Of a stretch of DNA of 64,000 nt, positions 27,353 through 35,966 are shown one piece after another. The number at the start of each line of letters is the position of its first letter. Within the stretch, counting starts at the first letter, position 1. The stretch is taken from positions 1,312,001 to 1,376,000 of the forward strand of contig OZ242351.1 in the NCBI GenBank assembly GCA_965208675.1, read 5' to 3'. Made by a program: the position numbers and the translations under genes. The stretch comes from Candidatus Poribacteria bacterium (GTDB taxonomy: Bacteria; Poribacteria; WGA-4E; PCPOR2b). The notes under the pieces are model-generated. The model worked only from the letters and a program-made list of their open reading frames with translations. It made no database searches and was not told where the DNA came from.

Positions 27353-27901
27353 ATGGGAATTTCCGACGAAATTTTAGTGCGGCACGCACAACGTGGTGTT
27401 GAACATGCCTTTAGGCAGCTAGTCCAGCGGTACAACGAACGAATCTTTAATGTCTGCTTTCGGATTGTTGGAAACGAGCAGGACGCCGAGGAAGCCGCGA
27501 TGGACGCATTCTTGGCATGTTACCAAGGCCTTGCTAGCTTTGAAGGCCGCTCCCGTTTTTCGACCTGGCTCTATCAGATTGCCCGGCGCTGCTCCTACAA
27601 AAAGATTCGTAGACGTCCACCGGTAAGTGAACCGATTGACGAACTTGAGATTTCTGAGGACGGCATGGCGATGCAGCCGGACAGAAATCTTCAGGAGCAC
27701 GAGATTCGAGAAAGGCTTGAGGAAGCGGTGGAAGCACTCCCCGATCACTTGAAAGAAGTCGTAATCTTCTACTTCTTAGAGGGGCTGTCTTACCATGAGA
27801 TTTCGGAAATTCTTGAGCGCCCAATCGGAACCGTTGCTTCGCGGATTAACGCCGCACGTCATCTGTTGCAGCGAAAACTTCAACATTTTTTTGAGGAGTG
27901 A
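27353..27901 (+). CDS. ECF sigma factor (SigW/RpoE-like)
   Basis: AF..LV.RY, DAEEAA.D.F, FSTWLYQIA (region 2); GLSY.EISEIL..PIGTV.SRI..AR (region 4). Confidence 0.95.
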   Translation: MGISDEILVRHAQRGVEHAFRQLVQRYNERIFNVCFRIVGNEQDAEEAAMDAFLACYQGLASFEGRSRFSTWLYQIARRCSYKKIRRRPPVSEPIDELEISEDGMAMQPDRNLQEHEIRERLEEAVEALPDHLKEVVIFYFLEGLSYHEISEILERPIGTVASRINAARHLLQRKLQHFFEE

Positions 27902-27905
27902 TACC

Positions 27906-28199
27906 ATGGCAGCGTTAGACCAAATACTCCGGCGTTTACCCCGAAAAACGCCCGGTGCCGGTTTTGTGGATAGGCTTGTTACGCAGATTCGCGGCAATGA
28001 CCTCCCGCCGCCCGCACCATCTATAACCCATCCAAATCTTTTTTTACCTAAACCCGACTGTATCGAATCAGCCCGATTGGATATGCAGGAAGGTGAAGAA
28101 TTCATGCCGCCCGAGTCCAATTTTTTTCCGCCGCCCGTAATGCAGAGAGCGTCATCTCCCGACAGCTCCCGGTTCACTAAGTTTAGTCATCGGTCTTAA
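27906..28199 (+). CDS. Small soluble Pro-rich protein, candidate anti-sigma factor
   Basis: GAGGAG RBS within the end of the sigma gene; LRRLP..TP..GFVDRLV helix resembles anti-sigma N-termini; no TM helix. Confidence 0.6.
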   Translation: MAALDQILRRLPRKTPGAGFVDRLVTQIRGNDLPPPAPSITHPNLFLPKPDCIESARLDMQEGEEFMPPESNFFPPPVMQRASSPDSSRFTKFSHRS

Positions 28200-28231
28200 A
28201 CCGTTCCAGTTCAAACAAGGAGAAACATACC

Positions 28232-30388
28232 ATGATTTTGACGGATGTACCGATAGTCCGCTGTGACGGAATATTCGACATAATTTTCTATGATATCAAA
28301 GGAGAACTCTTTCCTGAAAACCACCGTTTGGCTTGTCAGGTTGATGTAACCTTTCGCAGTCTGATGAAGGCGTTGGACAAAGTGACATTCGCTTTGCATC
28401 CAACGCTAGAGGTTACTGAGGTGAAGGCGGCGGGCGAGGCACTGGCTTTCAATCGGGATACCAAAGGTATCGACCAACACGGGGACGGAAGCGTCCTTAA
28501 CATTTATCTAAAACGGCCATTGCTGCATGACGGTGAACTCACAATTACAATCAACTACCACGGTGAATTCATCGCTGGCGTGGAATCACGCTACGACGGA
28601 TACATCGGCGAGGAAGGGGTCTTCATCAGCCCGCACGCCGGATGGTATCCATACTGTGTTTATGCCGCTGTGCCGAACTATTTCCCTGATGTCCCCTACC
28701 TCTTGGAGATGCGCGCCCCATCGGGGTGGATGCTGTTTTTATATCCAGGCGATCCGGAGGTGACAGAACAGAATGGCAAGGTGACTTACAGTTGGGATTC
28801 CCGCCAGCCGCACCGGCGGCCGAGGGCAAATTGGGGAATAACAGTCATCGGCGGGAAGTATCATAAAATTGAGCGAAACATTGACAGCCACAAACTTACG
28901 TTTTTCAGCCTCGATAAAGACAGTACATCCGTTAATAAAATCCTCAACCCGTTGAATGAATGGTTAGAATGGACGGATAAAGTTGGCGGCACGGCTTCTG
29001 TGCCGCGCCACATCCAACTGGGAGAAACGGTGCACTTTTTTCAACCCAACCACGCAATGCCATACATAAAATTTTTTTCCCGGCACCTGATAGAGAACTA
29101 CCCGCGAAAATGGTTGACGATGCAATGGTTTGCGAGGGAAGAGATTCTGCGGCATTGGGGAGCATTATCCGGCACCGATTTGGGAGGCCTCTGGATGCTC
29201 GGGAACTATATCCTACTCCTGTTTCAGGCGAGTCGAGAGGATACGCCGGAAGGCTGGTTGGCAGCGGACTTGGAAAAACGCTCGCGTATGTATTTGTGGT
29301 GGCGAATTAGGAATCCATGGCTCGGACACAGCGAGCATTTGTTTGGCACACGAGATTATTGGATATTGTGGATGTGGCATCAAATCATCGGCGATGATTC
29401 GTTTTATCGCTCCCTCGCTCGATTGAGTGCCGGACCTCTGCCACAAGACCACCCCTTCACAATGAAAGATTTCTATCAATTGACCAGCGACGATTCAGGT
29501 ATTCCGTTCGAATGGTTTTGGGAGCAGTGGGTCGAAGGGGTCGGTGCAATGCAGTTTTGGTTCGAGAAAACAGCCGTCAAGGCGGACGGCGACGGCTATT
29601 CTGTAGAAGTATGGCTGGATCAGACAGGAGACCTGTATCAGGCGCCGCTAGTAGTGCTGTTGCGAACCGAAACAGAGGAAATACGCCGAAGAATCTTTAT
29701 TCGAGAGCGGATGAATCACCTAGTGTTTCGATGCCGCGGGAAACCTTTGGAAATAGAAATCGATCCGGAGAGGAAGGTTTTCAAAGCCTCGACGGTGAAT
29801 AGGTGCAAACCCATCGACATCGGGTTTTCGTTTCCGTTTGGAGAGGATAGATGGTCAGAGGCGTTTCGCCACGGAAAACGGCTAGTGATTGCGCCATCAG
29901 AATTGAAATCTGTTGCCGAAGCATTGAAGCCCTATCTGGAAAAGCGAGCGCGCCATGCGAGCCAGATAGTTAGTGCCGACCCGAACTTCGATCGCAGCCA
30001 GCGGTTTAGGGTTCCTGTAGAAATCCTCACGCCTGACGAAGTCAATGCTGAAATGTTGAGGTCGCATAACCTTGTATTAGTTGGCAACCCGCAGAATAAT
30101 CCTCTCATTAAAGAATATGGGTTAGACTCGCTTAGTTTTGGCGCGGACCGAATCGCCGCAGGAGAAATCGTAATTCGCTGCACCGATCAAGCCTTAATCG
30201 TCCTTGGCGAACATCCGATGAACCCGGAACGATTCTGTTTGCACGTCACGGGTTTATCCAATGAAGCCATGCAAGAACCACCTGACTTCACAGAGATGCC
30301 AGGCGATTTCCTCATTTATCGAAATGGAAAAGCATTAAAGGTAGGATATCAGAATCCGTACCGGCTGAAGTGTAAGTTCCAACTATGA
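28232..30388 (+). CDS. M1 aminopeptidase-fold protein lacking the HExxH zinc motif
   Basis: M1-like N-domain (YDI.GEL.P, I.YHG, GWYP), IGDD.F..L and WFWEQWV blocks, EIDP; AREEILRHWG in place of AHE.AHQW.G; C-terminal NLVLVGNP..NPLI domain. Confidence 0.7.
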   Translation: MILTDVPIVRCDGIFDIIFYDIKGELFPENHRLACQVDVTFRSLMKALDKVTFALHPTLEVTEVKAAGEALAFNRDTKGIDQHGDGSVLNIYLKRPLLHDGELTITINYHGEFIAGVESRYDGYIGEEGVFISPHAGWYPYCVYAAVPNYFPDVPYLLEMRAPSGWMLFLYPGDPEVTEQNGKVTYSWDSRQPHRRPRANWGITVIGGKYHKIERNIDSHKLTFFSLDKDSTSVNKILNPLNEWLEWTDKVGGTASVPRHIQLGETVHFFQPNHAMPYIKFFSRHLIENYPRKWLTMQWFAREEILRHWGALSGTDLGGLWMLGNYILLLFQASREDTPEGWLAADLEKRSRMYLWWRIRNPWLGHSEHLFGTRDYWILWMWHQIIGDDSFYRSLARLSAGPLPQDHPFTMKDFYQLTSDDSGIPFEWFWEQWVEGVGAMQFWFEKTAVKADGDGYSVEVWLDQTGDLYQAPLVVLLRTETEEIRRRIFIRERMNHLVFRCRGKPLEIEIDPERKVFKASTVNRCKPIDIGFSFPFGEDRWSEAFRHGKRLVIAPSELKSVAEALKPYLEKRARHASQIVSADPNFDRSQRFRVPVEILTPDEVNAEMLRSHNLVLVGNPQNNPLIKEYGLDSLSFGADRIAAGEIVIRCTDQALIVLGEHPMNPERFCLHVTGLSNEAMQEPPDFTEMPGDFLIYRNGKALKVGYQNPYRLKCKFQL

Positions 30389-30522
30389 ACTTAGATTCTG
30401 AGTACGAAAGAATTAACGGATTTGCAATGCTGGGCTCTTGAAGGTTGCGGAGTTGGCTAGGACGGGAATGATTCTTGCGTCCGATTCTTATTCAACAGCT
30501 CTCCAGCGTGCATCGGATTAAT

Positions 30523-30969
30523 CCTCCCCCTTACTATCGGGGAGCAAGAGGGGCATTGACAAATCGTCGGGAACCAGAATTCCCTCTTACCAAAATCCAA
30601 CCCCAGAAGGAGCCATCTCCGTATCGCGACGCGTACTCCCTCAATCATAGCCCATCAGTTAATTACACGAATCACAGTCTTTGTAGGTTGGGTAGAGCGG
30701 GTTATACCAAAACCGTTCCGATTGCTTTGACGGTTCAGTACCAAAAACATTGCTCATTGCAAATTACGTGTAGCGAAACCCAACGCTTTTCTGACCTCTC
30801 GAGTTTTCAAAAGCGTTGGGCTTCGCTACCCACTACCAATGCTTGAACGCAATCAACTCACCATCCTCATGCGTCATAACTCACATATTTCATCAATCCC
30901 GCTTTACTCAACCTACAGGAATTTTAAATCATAGCCCATCATTCAATCATACAAATCACAGTTCAGACC
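30523..30969 (+). repeat. Mosaic REP-like repeat locus 5 (GC hairpin, A, C, inverted pair of split B modules, C)
   Basis: A 30606-30630; C 30643-30678; B 30683-30784; inverted B 30815-30916; C about 30927-30968. Confidence 0.92.
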
Positions 30970-31015
30970 ATCTCTACGGATGTCCCCAGCCTATTTTGCG
31001 TGGTCGGTTTCTCCA

Positions 31016-31783
31016 TCAAACCGTAACGTTGCACCTATCGAAAGCCGCTTTCATTGCGTGGAAGGCATCGCCTTTCGGATTGAACTCATGACCCACATAG
31101 AGATTGTATCCGGTTTCCGCAATCGCGCGCGCAACCCCCGGATAGTAAATCTCCTGTGCGTCGTCAAGGTCGTTACGCCCCGGATTCCCCGCTGTATGAA
31201 AATGTCCGATATACTCGATGTTGTCCCGAATCGTGCGAATGAGATCGCCCTCCATAATCTGCATGTGGTAGATGTCATAGAGCAATTTAACCCGAGGCGA
31301 ATTTGCCCCTTTACAAACCGACACACCCCATGCGGTACTGTCGGACTGAACGTCTGGATGATCTACTTTACTGTTGAGCAACTCGAGGCAAAGATTGACG
31401 CCTTTTTCCTCCGCCGATTTTACCACGCGCAGCAGCCCCTCAACGGTATTATCCCGACCTTCTTCGTCCGATTTCCCCTCTCGGTTGCCCGGCAAACAGA
31501 TGAGTCCGGAGATATCATTCGCAGCGGCGAGCTCAATATTCGCCAACAATTCTTGTTCAATCCGATTGTGATTTTCGCGTTTATTCAGTCCGTCCGGGAG
31601 CGATTTATGTCCAACGATTATGCCAATTCGCATTCCATGCTCCCGAACAAGATCCCAGTGTTCTTGACCAAGCATCTCGACGGACTTATATCCGATTTTT
31701 GCAGCCTCGCGAATCACCTGTTCCGGCGTCGCACCACCGCGGGAAAAACAGCTGAAAACGATGGACTGGTTGATTGAACTCAT
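31016..31783 (-). CDS. Hydroxypyruvate isomerase-like TIM-barrel protein
   Basis: LELLNSKVDHP, LLYDIYHMQIMEGD, HFHTAGNPGR, VGHEF. Confidence 0.92.
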   Translation of the reverse strand: MSSINQSIVFSCFSRGGATPEQVIREAAKIGYKSVEMLGQEHWDLVREHGMRIGIIVGHKSLPDGLNKRENHNRIEQELLANIELAAANDISGLICLPGNREGKSDEEGRDNTVEGLLRVVKSAEEKGVNLCLELLNSKVDHPDVQSDSTAWGVSVCKGANSPRVKLLYDIYHMQIMEGDLIRTIRDNIEYIGHFHTAGNPGRNDLDDAQEIYYPGVARAIAETGYNLYVGHEFNPKGDAFHAMKAAFDRCNVTV

Positions 31784-31883
31784 GAATGCTCCTTTCCGTT
31801 ACGGTACCAGTTGCAGACGCCTAGAGATTTTCGCAAAAATAGCGGCGGTTTCACTTTACATCGGACAGAAACCGGGCGTTGGC

Positions 31884-33041
31884 TTATCTGTCCTCAACCG
31901 GAATAATTGTATCGGTGATTGCTCCGATTAACCCCTGATCGTTCCATCCTACCGGCCCCGCTCCAACGCGAGCGACGACCAAATCGAGCGAAGGTATAAC
32001 ATAGCAATTATTCGCGTTGTAACCCCTTAACGCAAAGGCATCCCTCGGCAAACCCGCCATCATAGGTAGATTCGGCCAACTTGTCCCCTCGCTATTCACC
32101 CACCATGTGTAGCCATAGTTGGGGTTCATTGATTGAGAGGTTTTGGTGGCGAGTTCCATCCACCACGCAGGCATGAGTTGCTTCCCGTCCCACACCCCGT
32201 TGTGGAGCGCAAGGTAACCGAAACGCGCCAGCTCTCTCGACGAAATATAAATTCCGCTATCCCCGTTCGTGTGAGGTCCGATGAACCCGCGGCCCCCTAG
32301 TAAATTCCAACTCAATTCTTCTATGCCGATCGGCGCAAACACTCGCTCCTGCATGTAATCTCTCATTTCGACGCCCATAATATTAGCAAACGCCAGCGAC
32401 AGATGCTGCAACCCGAGGTCGCTGTATTCCCAGTGCGTCCCTGGATCGGCCGCCAATGTCTCTGCCCAATAACCGTGCCGGTTCGGGCATCTTCCAAGCA
32501 CGTGTTCAAAGGCGCCCTGTCCCTTTTCCATCGGCATGCCGACGCAGCCTGAAGAATGGCCGGCTACCCCCGATGTCATAGTAAGCAAATGTCGTATCGT
32601 GATATGCTCTTTGCGGGAATCGGTAAGCGGATACCCCTCGGGGATGAACGGGTATGCCGGGCTATCTAGCTCCACTTTCCCGCCTTTTGGCAGGTCGTTT
32701 CGGCGGCTAGCCTCAAGTAAAAGCCCCCACGCCGTACCCGTGAAGGACTTGGTACCCGACCAAATGTTGAAGCGCGTGGGAATTGGGATATTGAAAGTGT
32801 GATACTCACGGACTAGATAGCCGTGCCGAATGATTACTACCGACCACTGGTCGCCGCCGTAATGAAAGGCTTGGCTCTGGAGAACGAGATCGAGCTTGTC
32901 CGGGTCCATACCTGTCACATCGCGCACCTGATCGTCATTTTTGGCATAACGCCATTCACCAATTGACTCTGGAGGGGGATAATAGCGGTCGACATCTCGC
33001 GACGGGATTAACAACCCTGAACCTCCTCCTTGGATGGACAT
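31884..33041 (-). CDS. Serine hydrolase, beta-lactamase class C-like fold
   Basis: SGTK (SxxK), HLLTMTSG, PG..WEYSD, LARFG.L.L..G.W.G, YGY.WW. Confidence 0.9.
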   Translation of the reverse strand: MSIQGGGSGLLIPSRDVDRYYPPPESIGEWRYAKNDDQVRDVTGMDPDKLDLVLQSQAFHYGGDQWSVVIIRHGYLVREYHTFNIPIPTRFNIWSGTKSFTGTAWGLLLEASRRNDLPKGGKVELDSPAYPFIPEGYPLTDSRKEHITIRHLLTMTSGVAGHSSGCVGMPMEKGQGAFEHVLGRCPNRHGYWAETLAADPGTHWEYSDLGLQHLSLAFANIMGVEMRDYMQERVFAPIGIEELSWNLLGGRGFIGPHTNGDSGIYISSRELARFGYLALHNGVWDGKQLMPAWWMELATKTSQSMNPNYGYTWWVNSEGTSWPNLPMMAGLPRDAFALRGYNANNCYVIPSLDLVVARVGAGPVGWNDQGLIGAITDTIIPVEDR

Positions 33042-33278
33042 CTAATCCTCCTTAAACCGCTGCGGGCGATTGATGAAAACGCCTCTCGGCATCCAACCGA
33101 ATCGCCAAAGTGCGTCTACAGCGTTTATTCAGATGGAGGCGTTCATCCGACTATAGAAGCGCCATTATATCAGTCGTTTCTTTTCGCTGTCAACCGTTTT
33201 CCACAGGGTAGCGTAATGAAGGTTGGGTCACTAATTCAGGAGCATACGCCGTGCAAGTCGCCGAGATTGAAATTGCCC

Positions 33279-33473
33279 TTACTCGGCTTGCATTGTGCGA
33301 AGCAGCAGAGCCGGTCGGCTTGCCGCCAACCGATTGAAATTCGCGTTAACCTCGTACACATGGCCGTCAACACATTGGTCCCGGCCAATTCGCACCGCGC
33401 CGCCATAAACGCAATCTACTTGACACAGATTCTGCCAACGAGTAAAATATTTAGCATCCACGGTGCATTTCAA
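33279..33473 (-). CDS. Hypothetical 64-aa protein with 4 Cys
   Basis: AAGGAG-9nt-TTG start; no recognisable domain. Confidence 0.3.
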   Translation of the reverse strand: MKCTVDAKYFTRWQNLCQVDCVYGGAVRIGRDQCVDGHVYEVNANFNRLAASRPALLLRTMQAE

Positions 33474-33640
33474 TCTCAGTTGCTCCTTGAGCTACGGCTT
33501 CTGCCAAATCCCAAACCACGCAATCATGGCTAATGGGTCAACAAACGATTGGATACTACCCGTGAAAAATCAGATTCTGTACTGATGGATTAGGTCTGCC
33601 AAGTGTCACCTAATTTACCGTAAGGAGGTACACACAAACT

Positions 33641-34894
33641 ATGAACGCCTTTAGTGCTTGCTTAAATCCCTTCTCAAAGATAAACAGGTACGCAGCAATA
33701 ATGTTATTGCTGGCAATTTTGCCCGCAGTGGATGGTATCGCAGCATCAAAGCGAGTCGCGGTCTTATATTTTGAAGACCACAGCCGATTCGATTCCGCGA
33801 CCGGTTGCGGCTGCATCCCAAATCCATTTGGGATATTTGGCACTGGTAAGGGTCGAACAAAGTGGAATTTGAAAGAAGGATTCCCATATCTTTTGAACCG
33901 CAAACTTAAACAGACTCAAGTGTACGAACCGGTTTCCAATGCGGAAATCAAAGATGCCATGGCGAAATTAGGATTATCTCTAAAAGACGTTCGGTCAAAG
34001 GCTGAGAAGCGGTCACAGTTGGCAAAAGCGTTAAACTTGGATGCTTTTATTGTGGGGGACATACGGAAGTTTAAACAAGAGAGAGCCAAGGCAACGCGTT
34101 TTCAGACACTTAAAGGGGCAGCAGGAAGCGGGTTTAATATGGCTGCGGGGTTCGTCGGCGGCGCACAACTTGTAGGATATTATTATAGCGCTACCGTTCA
34201 CCTGAAAATGAAATTCTACGGCAGTTCCGGAGATGAAATCACAACTCGCAAAATTGCTGCGACCAAAAGGCACCAACTTGGCGGCGCAAAGATTGCCGCC
34301 TTAGAAGCTGTTGTTAGCGAACAGGGAACGGAGTTTCAACTTGGACAGATGCCGAATCCCGATAAAAAACCCCGCCCAATCGTTAGCTACATGAAGCTGA
34401 ACCAGATAAAATTTCCCAGCCCTGAATACGATAAGACCTTATTTGGGCTTGCCACTGACGAGGCATTAACGAAGGTGGTGCTGGCACTCGGCGATACCAT
34501 CGGCCCCGAATTCGTCATGCCGGGAACCACGCCTTCACAGGAAGAGGGCTCAAAGGAAATCGCCTCGGTTAAACACCACGGTCCTCTTAAAGCAGATGTC
34601 ATTTTTGTCAATCCGGACGATCCCGAAGATGCCTATATTAACGCTGGCTCGTCCAAGGGTGTTCTGGTGAGGCAGCAACTAGCGGTTTATACGGATGGCG
34701 AGGCGTTAATTGATCCAAACACTAAAGAAATACTTGGCAATGTCCCCAAAATGATTGGTAAAGTCGAGGTTGTTGAAATCAAAACCGACCGTCTCTCCCG
34801 AGTCCGAATCATCGAAGGTTCGGGCACAATTAAAAAAGGGGACAAAGTCGAACGGACACAGTCCTCACCATCGGAGACCCAGACAGCAAATTAG
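33641..34894 (+). CDS. Exported CsgG/TolB-N-like protein with FlgT-like C-terminal domain
   Basis: Signal peptide, RVAVLYFED, D..IVG.I..F; C-terminal YINAG...GV......V...GE.LIDP.T.E.LG. Confidence 0.65.
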   Translation: MNAFSACLNPFSKINRYAAIMLLLAILPAVDGIAASKRVAVLYFEDHSRFDSATGCGCIPNPFGIFGTGKGRTKWNLKEGFPYLLNRKLKQTQVYEPVSNAEIKDAMAKLGLSLKDVRSKAEKRSQLAKALNLDAFIVGDIRKFKQERAKATRFQTLKGAAGSGFNMAAGFVGGAQLVGYYYSATVHLKMKFYGSSGDEITTRKIAATKRHQLGGAKIAALEAVVSEQGTEFQLGQMPNPDKKPRPIVSYMKLNQIKFPSPEYDKTLFGLATDEALTKVVLALGDTIGPEFVMPGTTPSQEEGSKEIASVKHHGPLKADVIFVNPDDPEDAYINAGSSKGVLVRQQLAVYTDGEALIDPNTKEILGNVPKMIGKVEVVEIKTDRLSRVRIIEGSGTIKKGDKVERTQSSPSETQTAN

Positions 34895-34929
34895 GGCTAG
34901 CATTCGCGGCGAAGCTGCCGGAGGATAAG

Positions 34930-35961
34930 ATGATTGGCAAAATTAGAATCTTCTCTGCTGCCGTTTTTTTCATGGCAGGCTTCATGAGTTACGGCGGTGA
35001 AAATGAACGGCTGCACAGGGTCGGAGATGGCATCAAAATTGGGCTGTCAATGGACTCGTTGCGGGTTGAACGTTGGCGAAAAGACCGAGATATATTCATA
35101 AAACGTGCGGAAGTGCTGGGCGCAGAGGTGATTGTACAGCACGCGGACGGAGATGCGCGCAGGCAAAATGAGCAAGCGGAGAACATGATTACGCAGGGCG
35201 TTGATGTTTTAGTGGTAATCCCGAAAGACGGCGTTGCCGCGGCGCAGATTGTAGAAATCGCTCACAAAGAAGGGGTCAAGGTCTTGGCTTATGATCGGTT
35301 AATTATGAAGAGTGATGTGGATCTTTATATCTCCTTCGACAATGAACAGGTCGGCTATTTGCAGGCGGAATATGTTGCTCGTAAGATTCCTAAAGGGAAC
35401 TACTTTTTGCTTGGCGGCGCCCCGACAGACAACAACGCGCATCTTCTGAGAAAAGGACAGATGCGGGCGCTGCAACCGCTCATAGATCGTGGGGAAATTA
35501 AGGTTGTTGCAAAACAGTGGGCGATTGATTGGGACGCGCGGGATGCGCTAAAAAAGACCGAGCAGGTTTTGACGCGTCATGATAACCAAATTGATGCGGT
35601 CGTCGCTTCAAACGACGGTACCGCAGGCGGGGTTATCCAAGCGCTGGACGCACAAAAGCTGACGGGTAAAGTGCCAGTTTCCGGGCAAGATGCGGAGAAA
35701 GCCGCGTGCCAACGCATTCTCGCAGGGACGCAAGCCATGACCGTTTACAAGCCGATTCACCTAATCGCAATTACTGCTGCGGAAGCAGCGGTTGCTCTAG
35801 CCAAAGGGGATGCAATCCCGCAAGCAACTCAAACAGTAAACAACGACAAAACGGAAGTCCCCGCCATCCTCTTAACCCCAATCCAAGTGGATAAAGATAA
35901 TCTTGACGTGGTCATCGAAGATGGGTTTCACAAGCGAGAAGATATCTACAAGAAAAAGTAA
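34930..35961 (+). CDS. xylF: D-xylose-type ABC transporter substrate-binding protein (XylF/ChvE-like)
   Basis: SMDSLR.ERW.KDRD.F, AYDRLI, YISFDN, APTDNNA, ASNDGTAGG, SGQDA, MTVYKP. Confidence 0.85.
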   Translation: MIGKIRIFSAAVFFMAGFMSYGGENERLHRVGDGIKIGLSMDSLRVERWRKDRDIFIKRAEVLGAEVIVQHADGDARRQNEQAENMITQGVDVLVVIPKDGVAAAQIVEIAHKEGVKVLAYDRLIMKSDVDLYISFDNEQVGYLQAEYVARKIPKGNYFLLGGAPTDNNAHLLRKGQMRALQPLIDRGEIKVVAKQWAIDWDARDALKKTEQVLTRHDNQIDAVVASNDGTAGGVIQALDAQKLTGKVPVSGQDAEKAACQRILAGTQAMTVYKPIHLIAITAAEAAVALAKGDAIPQATQTVNNDKTEVPAILLTPIQVDKDNLDVVIEDGFHKREDIYKKK

Positions 35962-35966
35962 AGCCG

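Noticed and set aside
27795-27905. 134-aa version of the ORF after the ECF sigma
   Set aside because: It overlaps sigma region 4 by more than 100 nt; ATG 27906 has a GAGGAG RBS.
27906-30388. Frameshifted single anti-sigma/peptidase gene
   Set aside because: The 28232 ORF has its own AAGGAG RBS and begins at a plausible M1 N-terminus.
14186-30969. CRISPR array interpretation of the repeats with variable inserts
   Set aside because: Units are dispersed rather than tandem, inserts are 70 nt and partly homologous to one another, and no cas genes are present.
33030-33533. 167-aa + strand ORF in the divergent gap
   Set aside because: No recognisable domain or RBS, and it overlaps the hydrolase start on the opposite strand.
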